Assembly: GCA_002269645.1 (NCBI GenBank)
Contig: NIVC01000664.1
Span: 1-64,000 of the forward strand
Reading direction: 5' to 3'
Length of the DNA stretch: 64,000 nucleotides
Source of the DNA: Macrostomum lignano
Lineage: Eukaryota
Made by a program: the position numbers and the translations under genes. This document shows, piece by piece, positions 1-13,459 of this stretch. Position 1 is the stretch's first letter; the number at the start of each line of letters is the position of its first letter. Under the pieces are notes generated by a model. The model was not told the origin of the DNA. It did no database searches and saw nothing but the letters and a program-made list of their open reading frames with translations.

Positions 1-3000
1 CACAGCACTTCTAGGCGATAATCTGAGCCAGGAGTCTCCGAGAGACTTTCGTTACACATCCAGATGTTCTGCCTTGATGCTGGACTAGCTCACTTTCTAG
101 GAATCTGTTCTGATTGCATTCTAACAACTGAAGCATTCTCGCACTAAACTTTCTCGGCGGCTCTGAGAGCCAGAGCCTTAAACAGACAGAGAAATCTGTT
201 TCGAGTTGTGTCTGTAGGTTAGGTGGACCAGCTACTGAGAGCCAAAGCCTCAAACAGACTGAGAGAGCTGATTCAGTTGTGTCTGTAGTTATGTGGACCA
301 CCTAAGAGCCAGAGCCCTAAACAGACAGAGAAATCTGTTCGAGTTGTGTCTGTAGGTTAGGTGGACCAGCTACTCCAAAGCACTTCTAGGCGATAATCTG
401 AGCCAGGAATCTCCGAGAGCCTCTCGTTACACATCCAGATGTTCTACCTCGATGCTGGACTAGCTCACTTTCTAGGAATATGTTCTGATTGCATTCTAAC
501 AAACTGAAGCATTCTCGGCACTAAACTTTCTCGGCGGCTCTGAGAGCCAGAGCCTCAACAGACAGAGAAATCTGTTCGAGTTGTGTCTGTAGGTTAGGTG
601 GACCAGCTACTGAGAGCCAAAGCCTCAAACAGACTGAGAGAGCTGCTTCAGTTGTGTCTGTAGGTTATGTGGACCACCTAAAGAGCCAGAGCCTAAACAG
701 ACAGAGAAATCTGTTCGAGTTGTGTCTGTAGGTTAGGTGGACAGCTACTCCAAAGCACTTCTAGGCGATAATCTGAGCCAGGAATCTCCGAGAGCCTCTC
801 GTTACACATCCAGATGTTCTACCTCGATGCTGACTAGCTCACTTTCTAGGAATATGTTCTGATTGCATTCTAACAAACTGAAGCATTCTCGGCACTAAAC
901 TTTCTCGGCGGCTCTGAGAGCCAGAGCCTCAAACAGACAGAGAAATCTGTTCGAGTTGTGTCTGTAGGTTAGGTGGACCAGCTACTCCACAGCACTTCTA
1001 GGCGATAATCTGAGCCAGGAATCTCCGAGAGCCTCTCGTTACACATCCAGATGTTCTACCTTGATGCTGGACTAGCTCACTTTCTAGGAATATGTTCTGA
1101 TTGCATTCTAACAAACTGAAGCATTCTCGGCTAAACTTTCTCGGCGGCTCTGAGAGCCAGAGCCTTAAACAGACAGAGAAATCTGTTCGAGTTGTGTCTG
1201 TAGGTTAGGTGGACCAGCTACTGAGAGCCAAAGCCTCAAACAGACTGAGAGAGCTGATTCAGTTGTGTCTGTAGGTTATGTGGACCACCTAAGAGCCAGA
1301 GCCCTAAACAGACAGAGAAATCTGTTCGAGTTGTGTCTGTAGGTTAGGTGGACCAGCTACTCCACAGCACTTCTAGGCGATAATCTGAGCCAGGAGTCTG
1401 CCGAGAGACTTTCGTTACACATCCAGATGTTCTGCCTTGATGCTGGACTAGCTCACTTTCTAGGAATCTGTTCTGATTGCATTCTAACAAACTGAAGCAT
1501 TTTCTGCGCTAAACTTTCTCGGCGGCTCTGAGAGCCAGAGCCTTAAACAGACAGAGAAATCTGTTCGAGTTGTGTCTGTAGGTTAGGTGGACCAGCTACT
1601 GAGAGCCAAAGCCTCAAACAGACTGAGAGAGCTGCTTCAGTTGTGTCTGTAGGTTATGTGGACCACCTAAGAGCCAGAGCCCTAAACAGACAGAGAAATC
1701 TGTTCGAGTTGTGTCTGTAGGTTAGGTGGACCAGCTACTCCAAAGCACTTCTAGGCGATAATCTGAGCCAGGAATCTCCGAGAGCCTCTCGTTACACATC
1801 CAGATGTTCTACCTCGATGCTGGACTAGCTCACTTTCTAGGAATATGTTCTGATTGCATTCTAACAAACTGAAGCATTCTCGGCACTAAACTTTCTCGGC
1901 GGCTCTGAGAGCCAGAGCCTCAAACAGACAGAGAAATCTGTTCGAGTTGTGTCTGTAGGTTAGGTGGACCAGCTATTCTACAGCACTTCTAGGCGATAAT
2001 CTGAGCCAGGAATCTCCGAGAGCCTCTCGTTACACATCCAGATGTTCTGCCTTGATGCTGGACTAGCTCACTTTCTAGGAATCTGTTCTGATTGCATTCT
2101 AACAAACTGAAGCATTCTCGGCACTAAACTTTCTCGGCGGCTCTGAGAGCCAGAGCCTCAAACAGACAGAGAAATCTGTTCGAGTTGTGTCTGTAGGTTA
2201 GGTGGACCAGCTATTCTACAGCACTTCTAGGCGATAATCTGAGCCAGGAGTCTCCGAGAGACTTTCGTTACACATCCAGATGTTCTGCCTTGATGCTGGA
2301 CTAGCTCACTTTCTAGGAATATGTTCTGATTGCATTCTAACAAACTGAAGCATTCTCGGCACTAAACTTTCTCGGCGGCTCTGAGAGCCAGAGCCTCAAA
2401 CAGACAGAGAAATCTGTTCGAGTTGTGTCTGTAGGTTAGGTGGACCAGCTACTGAGAGCCAAAGCCTCAAACAGACTGAGAGAGCTGATTCAGTTGTGTC
2501 TGTAGGTTATGTGGACCACCTAAGAGCCAGAGCCCTAAACAGACAGAGAAATCTGTTCGAGTTGTGTCTGTAGGTTAGGTGGACCAGCTATTCTACAGCA
2601 CTTCTAGGCGATAATCTGAGCCAGGAATCTCCGAGAGCCTCTCGTTACACATCCAGATGTTCTGCCTTGATGCTGGACTAGCTCACTTTCTAGGAATCTG
2701 TTCTGATTGCATTCTAACAAACTGAAGCATTCTCGGCACTAAACTTTCTCGGCGGCTCTGAGATCCAGAGCCTCAAACAGACAGAGAAATCTGTTCGAGT
2801 TGTGTCTGTAGGTTAGGTGGACCAGCTACTCCACAGCACTTCTAGGCGATAATCTGAGCCAGGAGTCTCCGAGAGACTTTCGTTACACATCCAGATGTTC
2901 TGCCTTGATGCTGGACTAGCTCACTTTCTAGGAATCTGTTCTGATTGCATTCTAACAAACTGAAGCATTCTCGCACTAAACTTTCTCGGCGGCTCTGAGA

Positions 3001-3380
3001 GCCAGAGCCTCAAACAGACAGAGAAATCTGTTCGAGTTGTGTCTGTAGGTTAGGTGGACCAGCTATTCTACAGCACTTCTAGGCGATAATCTGAGCCAGG
3101 AATCTCCGAGAGCCTCTCGTTACACATCCAGATGTTCTACCTCGATGCTGGACTAGCTCACTTTCTAGGAATCTGTTCTGATTGCATTCTAACAAACTGA
3201 AGCATTCTCGGCACTAAACTTTCTCGGCGGCTCTGAGAGCCAGAGCCTCAAACAGACAGAGAAATCTGTTCGAGTTGTGTCTGTAGGTTAGGTGGACCAC
3301 CTTCTGAGAGCCAAAGCCTCAAACAGACTGAGAGAGCTGATTCAGTTGTGTCTGTAGGTTAGGTGGACCAGCTTCTCTAC
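1..3380. repeat. Higher-order tandem satellite (~238-bp and ~376-bp units built from ~69-bp subunits)
   Basis: Unit start 'cagcacttctaggcgataatctgagcc' recurs at about 1, 376, 751, 988, 1363, 1741, 1979, 2217, 2593, 2832 and 3069; long units carry two extra ~69-bp subrepeats ending in gtggacca. Confidence 0.95.
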
Positions 3381-5109
3381 AGCAATTGAGTTGCAGGCCC
3401 TGCAGCTAGCTACTTTGAGATCATCAAACGAAACTCACTTTTCTGGACTCGGTGTCGACGGATTTGCGAGCAGACTGATGATTTTCACCAGGCGATGCGG
3501 CTTCTTCGATTTCGCAGTGGCTTTTTGCGACGGTGTTTTTTTAGTTTTTATTTTAGGCTTGGCGTCCTTTTTTGCGGGTTATCATATCTTGGTTGTAGAT
3601 TACAGTTTTTGGCACAATAAATTTATATGTGGATGAAACTTGGAGTAAGGATTAACATTAGACCTATTAAGTATAAAAAACCGTTCTAATCTATACAATT
3701 GCAATCCTTTAGAGTTGTATAGTATGGATTATAAGTACTTTCTTTTAAACTGTCTGTGTCTGGTCTCACTACGCCATGGTTTACGTGGACCACCCGCTTA
3801 GACATTATATATCCCTCTCTCCACTGTCTTACCTTCAGAACGCTTGCGGGTTTCCTATTGGCTGCGGTCGGTCCCATTGTTGGGGTGGATCTATCCTCCT
3901 AAGTGTTAACCAGCCAATTATAGAAAGGGAGGTCTGTCTGTCTGTCTGTTCCAACCCTATACTCCTGCACATGTGTTTACGTGGACCAAACAGACAGTGA
4001 GTGTTAGGCTGACTGTTAATGCGTTCTTAGTTTTACTGGGACCGCAATCAAGTCGACCTTTTGCTAGAGAGTCAGAGACCCGATCGCTAGCTAAAAGGCC
4101 CTTCTTAATTGCGTCCTCTTGATCAAATCTTTTGCATGTACATGTATGAATTGTCCTTTTCAATTAGGTAAATTGCATCTTCAACTTTGCACTTGAAAGG
4201 CTGCAGCTTAGGATCTTCTTCTTCCAACATTGGAGGAGGATAGAACAGGATATCCCATAGTGTTTAGGATAGAATTGGCAAGCACTTAATTCATGAAGTT
4301 GCTATTTTCTTCTTGTGTAATGGTAGAGCCTCAGAAATTCGCATTTACACAGTGTGGCTATCAAGGACCACTGGGAGTTCTTGAGAAGTCATTGAAGAAT
4401 ACTATTTAAGCTTCACTTAAATATCTTTCTTGTCTCGGAGTCTTTATCGTTTGATCTGGTTAGCGAATTGGATTTCTTTACGTTGGTGTCTTACTCTGTG
4501 AGTCTGTGCTCAGAGTACGATACCGGAATTGCTGGAACTGAGCTAATTAAATGGAGTTTAAAGTTTACTGTATCAAATTCATTTCGCATACGAGGTTTCA
4601 GAATTTTTAATTAACCTGCGCACCTACTTGAATGTCAAAGAACTGAACGCATATTGTTTTAAAGCCAGTAGCGGTCATAATATGATGCCAACATAGCCCT
4701 TTGTTCGTAAGGTAATGATCTGTAAAAAATTCAGTTTTGCATTGAATCTATGCTTAATAACTGCTATACACAAACAGACACAAACAGACACAAACAGACA
4801 CAAACAGACGATTTCGAAAAATTTTCTGAAATTTTTCGGTTTACGTGGACCAGACTCGCTCGGTTTAGGTAGACCAGGCTGGAGGTCCAGCTAAACTGAA
4901 ATGCAAATAACTTTGGCAAAATCCATGCTAGACATCCCAAAATTGCTTAAGCCTTTCTTGACCCGCCTGACATTAATGTGAGATCCTCATCAACGTCTTA
5001 ACCCACCAGAGACAAAATTATTTGGTGGTCCACCTAAGTGGTCTACCTACACCGGTTGGTCCAGCTAACGAGGCTACTGAACTTCCAAAAAGTCCACGTA
5101 AACACACAG

Positions 5110-5117
5110 ACAGTAGA

Positions 5118-5170
<53 letters not shown>
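5110..5170 (+). repeat. (CAGA)n microsatellite
   Basis: Direct inspection. Confidence 0.95.
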
Positions 5171-5189
5171 GAGACATGCATTTTTCCAG

Positions 5190-6264
5190 GCAGGTACTTC
5201 TTCTACAGCATGTTCATGAAGCTCCCAGTTGGCAGCAAGCTGACCATAGGCTGGGCGCTCATCACGTCTCTGTACAGCGGCGACCGAAGCTACGAGGCTC
5301 GCGCCGCTCAAATCGTTCTGGCGCCGCGCGGCCTGACAGGTCAGAGCCGCGACTTCATCGACTTCTGCCAGGCTGAGCTGGCCGCCGTGCTGCGCTTGAT
5401 GACGCGGCAGGAGAATCTGCCCTGTCTGGTGCATTGCTTTCTCGGCAAGGACCGAACGGGACTTATTGCCATGCTGCTGCAGTGGCTGCTGGGCACGCCG
5501 CGGCAGGTCATCGAGGACGAATATCAACTGTCGCAGGTATCGCAGCCAATCATCAACATGCCAACCATCCCTCTCGCCAACCACCGCACTCCGCCAACGA
5601 CCTCACTCAGCTAAACACTACACTCCGCCAACCACCTCACTCCGCCAACCACCTCACTCCGCCAACCACCTCACATCGCCAACCACCTCACATCGCCAAC
5701 CACCTCACTCCGCCAACCACCTCACTCCGCCAACCACCTCACTCCGCCAACCATCTCACTCCGCCAACCACCTCACTCCGCCAACCACCTCACTCCGCCA
5801 ACCACCTCACTCCGCCAACCACCTCTCTCCGCAAGCCAACCGCTCTACCAATCACCTCACTCCGCCATCCACCTCACTCCCCCATTCTTCTCATTCGATC
5901 TGCCTTTTATTTAATCTCCAGACGATGACAGAAGAAGTCCGCGGCGAGGCGGTCAAATACTACGCTGAGAAGAGCCTGCCAGCCAGTTTCGCTGAGTGCA
6001 ATGTTGAAGAGTTGCGCGCCGCCATGGAGTACATCGAGACTAAGTGAGCCTCAGTTATGACATTTACATGTGCAATGCAACGATTATCAAAATCAAAGCT
6101 AAATATTCAAATCTATAATTATGCTTCTCAGATACGGAGGCGTAGAGTCCTACCTGAGAACTACTGGTCTCAGCCAGCAAGAGCTGGACTTGCTAAGGCG
6201 GAACTTTGGTAGCGAAAGTTCGAATGAGGAATTACCGACCGATTCGAACTCGAAGTCATCTTAA
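5190..6264 (+). CDS. Protein tyrosine/serine phosphatase, Y_phosphatase3 (IphP/PtpB-like) family, 3' exons: join(5190..5536,5922..6043,6132..6264)
   Basis: P-loop VHCFLGKDRTG followed by LLQWLLG..VIEDEYQLS and C-terminal KYGGVESYL..GLSQQELDLLR; GT-AG exons join in phase. 5' exons were not found in the window. Confidence 0.85.
5570..5880 (+). repeat. 17-bp minisatellite (CCGCCAACCACCTCACT)n in the phosphatase intron
   Basis: Direct inspection; explains the spurious PPHSANHLT ORFs. Confidence 0.95.
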
Positions 6265-6909
6265 AAAACTGAATTCAATTTCGAATCCTATGAACAGCAG
6301 ATTCTAAAATTTATTTATCAATGACCGAAAATTTTAAATGAGTTCTTTTTTGTTAAACTTTCCTAAAGTAATTAAAAAGCGTTAAATGACCGATTCCTTA
6401 ACTTTATTTTTCATTCTTATTATTTACACTGTAATCACTATCGTTACAAAACTTCCCAGTCTTACTAGCACTGATGAATCTCAATTGCAGAATGTTGTTA
6501 ACACAGGCATTGTTTTGCATGACTCTTACTTACTACTCAAACAAGCAGGCCAGATGCGTTTTGCTAGATTAATTGGTAGCAAACAGACAGACAGACAGAA
6601 AAGCTTTTGCAATATGCAGCAGCAGCTATGGAGCTATAAGTAGTTTGTGCTCTATCAAGCGCTGAGATGGTATATCTCGTTGATATTTGTAATCCTTAGC
6701 GCCAGTATTGAAGCGATATGCGTGTCATGGCTAAGCTAGAAGTTGGCCAGTTGTTTATGGGCGAACTCGAAAATTGACAGCTCAGTCCAGAAGCTTTGGT
6801 GGGATCTTTTTAAACCGAGCTTCCCAAGAAGTAAAGAGACGTCTGCACTTTTAGTTGCCTCTCTGTTCTCAGCAACCCGGGTCTTTCTCTACTTAATATC
6901 TCAACAGCG

Positions 6910-7415
6910 ATGAAAAACTCTAAGCCCAAGGAGGCTGGAGACAGCTTCTGGGAGCAGGACGCCAAGTGTCCTCGCGTGACCTCGGCCAGCCTGATGGTGC
7001 CCAAGGAGATCACCAAAGACCTGTTCAACCAGACGGAAACATCTTGGATAGGAGGTTGGAGACCATCCAGTACAGGTGCTATTGCCGGTTCCGCATGACC
7101 AAGCTGTCCCCGAAGAATCCAGGACACAAGGTCTGCGACAGGGTAGTAGTTGACTATTCCTACCCGACCAAGAACCACCACGTGACGCTGCGCTTGTTCA
7201 GCGAGTTGGTGCAGCAGCGGGCGACCGCGCTGCGGGTCACTTCCTTGCTGAAGGTGAGCGGCGTCACGCACATGATTCCGCAGCCGCTACCACCGCCGAG
7301 CCAGCAGCAACAGGTGACAGCCAAATCTGCTCTGGTGATGACAAGAGGCCACCACGCTCTCCGGGTTGACAGCGGAGACTCTACCGACATGGGCCGCAGC
7401 GCCACTGACGAGTGA
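6910..7415 (+). pseudogene. Unknown protein, paralogue A of 59348-59878, with a 1-bp frameshift at ~7030
   Basis: ttcaac-cagacggaaac versus ttcaacccggatggaagc in the paralogue; the rest is nearly identical at protein level. Could be a sequencing indel. Confidence 0.7.
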
Positions 7416-8038
7416 CAAGAATTTTTTAATAAAATCCTAACCAAATAATGACGAAACCAAAAGTTTTTTTTCTAAATCGCTCCGTGCATGGCATTGCCGC
7501 TTTATTTTTCTGTACAAACTAGTATGAAATTTCACTTAATGCAATCCAGCAATGATATAAACAAAGAAAAGTAACAAAAAAGACTTTTCACACTTTTGCT
7601 TTTTATTTTTTTACTTAAGTGTACGTGAAAACGTTTGTGCTGTGAGTTGGATTGTTTGTAAGTATTAATGAACGTATATTACAAGTCGACGGTGAGCAAA
7701 TTACTGGATCGAAGTACAAGGAGTACTTACGGGTACTTTAACTACATGTATACAGTAACAATAACGACTACCAAAGCAATTTGGCAATTGCTTATGGCAA
7801 GCTTATGGCAATACCAATCCATGTACATGTACATGTAACATGTCGTTACAAGCGAAGAAAACAGAAAAGAAGTTGCTGCCTTCAAAAAAGTTAGCAATTA
7901 AAGTGCTAATTAATAATTCAGAAATTAGAGAATTGCTTTCAATGTAAATGGCCTAATAGGGCCCAAATATTTTGGGAGAGATGCAATCCACTGTTCATGG
8001 TCAAAAGTACTAAAAGTATTGACTAAAAAGTTGGATTT

Positions 8039-8570
8039 GTGGATACCGATGGCGAATAAAACTAAAACTTTATTTGTACGACAGGTTTCGCTGAACATAC
8101 AGCATATTTAGTTGGAATAAAATATTTGTGAGACCAACAGGGCAAGAGAGACGCAAAATACACTCAGCATTCAGCAACATGTTCAAGTTTCCACCCCAAA
8201 ACCGATGGTCAACTTTCCTCAGATCTCAGCCCCAAGTGACGCAATTTTCACACCACGTCCACGGGCTCGTACGAGCGTATGGGCTGATTTCGCAATCAAG
8301 CTGAGATGAAGAAAAACAAACCGATAGTGTATTGTCAATGATAATATTAATAATTAATCAATTCATTCATTCATTTTTCAACTGATTATTAATTTATCAG
8401 TTGACCACTGGCTTCTCGGGGTGGAAACCTTAACATGTTGCTGAGTGTAATATTGCGTCTCTCTATCCTGTTGGTCTCAAATATTTTATTCTACCTGACA
8501 ATGCTGTATGTTTAGCGAACGAAGCATGTCGTACAAATAAAGTTTAGTTTTATTTTCCATCGGTATCCAC
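8039..8570. mobile_element. MITE-like element with ~170-bp imperfect terminal inverted repeats
   Basis: gtggataccgatgg (8039) pairs with ccatcggtatccac (8570); the arms stay complementary to about 8215/8400. No TSD found. Confidence 0.7.
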
Positions 8571-9726
8571 GAATACTCGAAAAAGCAAATGTTTCTTGTG
8601 GGCTTTGATATACCATTATGATATACCAACAAACTTTCTACTTAAGCATACCAACAAAAATGTTAAACTCGTTTTCTCGTAACTAATCTTATTATCGCGC
8701 TTCCACGTTAGTCGTTTTTTTGTTCTCCGTTTTTTAGCTTTATATACCGCAAAAATTTACTTTCGCACAAATTCAAATTCAAGTCACACAATTTCGTTTC
8801 AAAGAAAATGTTCGTTTTTACAACGAAGTTAATTGTGAAAAAGTTTGCCTCTTATCGACCAAACCGGCTGTTCAGCCTGAGCCACTTTATTACTACTACT
8901 TCTACTGAATTTTACGAGCGATCATTGAGCGGTGACATACAATTGATACATCTCAAAAGACAAAAGTATTCTAATGTACTATGCCAGCTTATACTAGAAA
9001 TAGAATATATCAGATATATGAGATAGAACTGTCTCCAACCTTTGACCAATTAATGTGGACGTACTTTTTAGTTTTTTTCGAATTTATGCATTAAGCCTTA
9101 TGGAATGCATATGCATTTTTATTGTCACACTACAGGCATATTTACGATTTAGTATTGAATACCAGACCCAATAGTATTACTATATAATACTATCAGTCCC
9201 AAATTCCCAATAGCAATGAGCTATAAATTATAATATGCAATGCTTCAATGTTTCAATTTTATTTTCAAAATGTTTATATCATAATATAAGAAAATTAGTT
9301 GCAAGTAATAAAAAGTATTGCAAATTCTACAGATTTTGACTTTTTTCTTGATCAAATTCAAATCTTGACCAATCTTGCCAAGAATCTGAGATATAAAATA
9401 AAGTAAAATAAAGAGCCCTAGCCTAGGTTGAATATCAATCTTTTGAAATCTGAATATCAATAATAACACATTGAATTTAACATGAATCAAATTAGTGCCA
9501 AAAAATCAACTCATTTTAGTTTCATACATATTAAGAGATTTAGCTACTTTTGGAAAATTGATGCACCAAAAATTTCTATGTTTTTTTATAAATTAAAGGT
9601 TGTGATTTTTTAACAAAAGTGTATAAAGTTCTTGTTTGTTTTTCAAATATACAAAAAAGTTGTACAAAGCAAAGTGCCTACTATTTTCAGTTTTAGCATT
9701 GTCTAATTTGAATTGAATATCTTGTC

Positions 9727-12622
9727 CTGGGTTTTTTTTTTCGCCAGAGATAAGGTGCGAAATCGCACCTTGTGCCAAATTTCAAGGTGCGATTTTAAGG
9801 CTCAGAGTGCAATTTCTCTTGAGTCTTGTTTAGAATGTGAGGGTTTCACGAGAGATATTCAGACAGGCATTCGAAACGATCGTCTGTAACTTTAAACAAA
9901 ATTGACCCGCTTCAACCATCTTTTTGGCAAATACTTACGCAAGTGTTGGGCATCGAATAAGCTTTAATTTATTAACTGAAGTAAAAATCCTTCTGACATA
10001 CATTGATTTAAAAATTGCTTAGCAACACTAGCTCTGATTAGAAATCGCTTTACTGTTGACTAAAATTGTTTTGATCGTAGCAGCCTAAAAGCAGATACTG
10101 GATTTAAAAATGCTTCGATTTACTCTATACGCATGTCTCAGCTTTAAAATGACACCTCAGGCGTCGCAAAAGACAGCTTTGATGCTGAGATATTCGACAC
10201 TAAACATGCATTGCTTTGCGCAATCTCACATTCAGAAATTTCACTGATTTTTTGTCGATATTTGTGCAGTTGCCGTGTCCTTGTTTTTCATCAGAAACTT
10301 GTCAAATTCTAGTCATGTCCAGTTTAAACCTGGACTTCTCTTAAACTGTCTTAAGTATTTGATTTTTAATGATTCCTGCCTTTATATTGCATAGATTGTA
10401 CCTGAGTCAGTGAGTCTGTGAGTGTACATTTGTACATATGGCAACCAATCATGACTTTTTCACCGCTTTGCTTTTCAAATAAATATACGAGTGTACGAGA
10501 AACATGTTCTAACTGTTATTGAGAGAAATTGACGTCGCGTTTATTAACAGTCAGTGGCAATTAATATGAAGCAAATAGTTTATTGTTATGTTTTTACTTT
10601 TTTTGCGTGGCAATTCTGCTATCCAAATCGGAATGAGGTAAGCGGTGGGAATAAAATAAAAAGGAAGATTTTTTTCTACTGTTGTTGCAACCCAATAGCT
10701 ATATGTACTTCAAACTTTTTAGATTGAACAGGCGATTTCTAATGTACTGCTAAGCTTTCCAATCCCTACGGACTACAGTAGCAGTTCTTAACTTTTTTTC
10801 TGTCTTGACTTCTAGACTCGGAATTTGGAACAACCTAAGGAGCCGCATGAAAATATTTAATTGGATAAAGATATTTTCTAAAAACAGCTCAAGTCGTGAC
10901 ACATCTTCTTCTCACCTCAGTCCATCAACTGCTGCTCCTTCTGAGACCAAAGCGATCGTGAAAGGAAAACAGATCAGTTTAGATCCCATGGCCATGAATA
11001 CAACCATTTCAATTGTGAACCTGCTTCGCTTACAAGTACGAGCACTAGCCTTCCATTTGATGCCATTAGCTCACTTAACTCTGAAATAGTTCAAGGACGG
11101 TTCCAAATGTTGAGATCTGACGTAGAAGCAGTCCAATTTGTGGAAATTTATCAACTGGACTCCATGAATCACTCAAATGAAAGGCGGCGAATAGCTGCAG
11201 AATGCGTAAACAAGTTTAAGTGAGTCACAAAAACCCCATTTACTATAACTACATACACTTGTACGTTAGCAAGGCTCCATGCGATGGTTAATAAATGGAG
11301 AAGTAGACAAGCATCTGAACAAATATTGAATAAAAATCAGTGAAGTTTCCGAATGTGAGTTTGCATGAGCAAAGCAATGTTTAGTGTCGAATATCTCAGC
11401 ATCAAAGCTGTCTTTTGCAATGCCTGAGGTGTCATTTTAAAGCTGAGACATGCGTATAGACATGACTAGAATTTGACAAGATTCTGATGAAAAACAAGGA
11501 CACGGCAACTGCACAAATATCGACAAAAAATCAGTGAAATTTCTGAATGTGAGATTGCGCAAAGCAATGCATGTTTAGTGTCGAATATCTCAGCATCAAA
11601 GCTGTCTTTTGCGACGCCTGAGGTGTCATTTTAAAGCTGAGACATGCGTATAGAGTAAATCGAAGCATTTTTAAATCCAGTATCTGCTTTTAGGCTGCTA
11701 CGATCAAAACAATTTTAGTCAACAGTAAAGCGATTTCTAATCAGAGCTAGTGTTGCTAAGCAATTTTTAAATCAATGTATGTCAGAAGGATTTTTACTTC
11801 AGTTAATAAATTAAAGCTTATTCGACGCCCAACACTTGCATAAGTATTTGCCAAAAAGATGGTTGAAGCGGGTCAATTTTGTTTGAAGTTACAGACAATC
11901 ATTTTGAATGTCTGTCTGAATGGGTCTTCCTAAAACACGCCCCGCCCCGCCCTGCAGCGCTACACATTAAAACAAATTGGACTATAACTAAAGACACTTC
12001 AGAATGCGTTTTCTGTTAAGCTTCAAGTTTTTATTAAATTTAGTTTTTTTACTTTGAAATATAAAATTCGGTGAACAATAAGTGATATTAATAATAATAT
12101 TAATAAAATAATAATATATTATTGCGACATAATAGCAGATAGCAGTATTAATAATAATATTATAATTTAATAATGAAAACGAGAATATAAAAAATAATAA
12201 TATTTAAAAAAATAAATAAAGATATTTATTCCATTACTATTTTAACTTTTCCTTGCAATCAAATACTGCATTGACAAACAATGTTATAATGTGTAGCAGT
12301 TCGGGGCCCGGTGCGGGGCGTGTTTTAGGGAGCCTTTGTCTGAATATCTCTCGTGAAACCCTCACATTGCTCACATTTCAGACAACTGGGAATGTATATT
12401 TTAATATCTTACATAAGGCTATAGCTATAGGCTATATCGCCTATATGACTTAATAGGATTTAAAGAGTTATTTTGTTTCATATTTTAAGGCAGTGCATAA
12501 AAAATAGCTTAAGCATGGTTAAGCCTTTAAAGAAAAATGGTTATAAGACCGCACCTAAACCGCACCTACTTTTTTAATTTCAGGGTGCGATTTTAAAATT
12601 TAGGGTGCATACGCACACTCTG
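9727..12622. mobile_element. Foldback-type non-autonomous element with ~490-bp near-perfect inverted arms
   Basis: ~9833-10320 is the reverse complement of ~11459-11921 plus ~12337-12380; the outer ends gggtttttttttt / aaaaaaaaaaccc are also inverted. Confidence 0.75.
11922..12336. mobile_element. 415-bp MITE nested in the foldback right arm, 9-bp TSD (Mutator-like)
   Basis: TIR cctaaaacacgcccc / ggggcgtgttttagg; TGTCTGAAT is duplicated at 11913-11921 and 12337-12345. Confidence 0.8.
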
Positions 12623-13459
12623 CGCACAAAAAAAAAACCCTGTATCTTGATATCTTAATCAAATCCCATATTATAGGCCTATTGTCAAAAAATATTGAAT
12701 ATCAAAAATCTCAAAAATTTAGTACTGTCTGACCCCTAGGCCTAATTAGGATGCAGGCAAATTTTGCGACACAAATTAAACAAAAACAAATTTGGCAAAA
12801 GCAAATTTAGCAACAAGTCTCTTGTCTCTTATTTAATTTAACTCTTTTTAAGAGATCATTTTATACTCTTTTTTCTATAGCTTCATTTCAGAAATTATTA
12901 TTTTTCTACAAAAAAAGTATGATGATTCCATTCTTAAAGCAAAGTGCATGTATGTGATTTTGATAGAAAAAATGTATTTGATTAAAATAAATGAGACATT
13001 GTATCTTTTGAAAATGAATAAGCACTTCTTAAGAAGCACTTTGAAAGATAAATAATATATAAAAAATTCAGTTAGCTAGAAAAGCAAAGTTAGCATTGAC
13101 AAGTACCATTGTATTGTTTTTCTTTTATTGTTGCTAAATTCAAGCGCCATGGAATAGGGGGGGGGGCGGGGGGCAGCTGCCCCTCTGACATTGAGTTGGG
13201 GGGCATTGCCCCCCTCAAATACCATTCAATAGTATAATTTTGCTCAAATTTTTGGTCACTGTCCAAGACAGGGTCTGGGCTTGAGTTTCGGAACTTTGGT
13301 CCTGCCCCCCCCCCCTGGCAAAAACTTGTTCCGCAGCACCTGGCTAAATTTGACTAGACTGTTCTTGTTTTTGCGTTTGCCAAATTTGTCTTAGAATCTT
13401 TATGTTATTTTGAATATGACTAGTCTACCTAGTCCTACCAAATTCAGGTTGTTTAGCCC

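Noticed and set aside
3391-4560. Short ORFs in the unique part next to the satellite
   Set aside because: No transposase or other motif recognised; interrupted frames.
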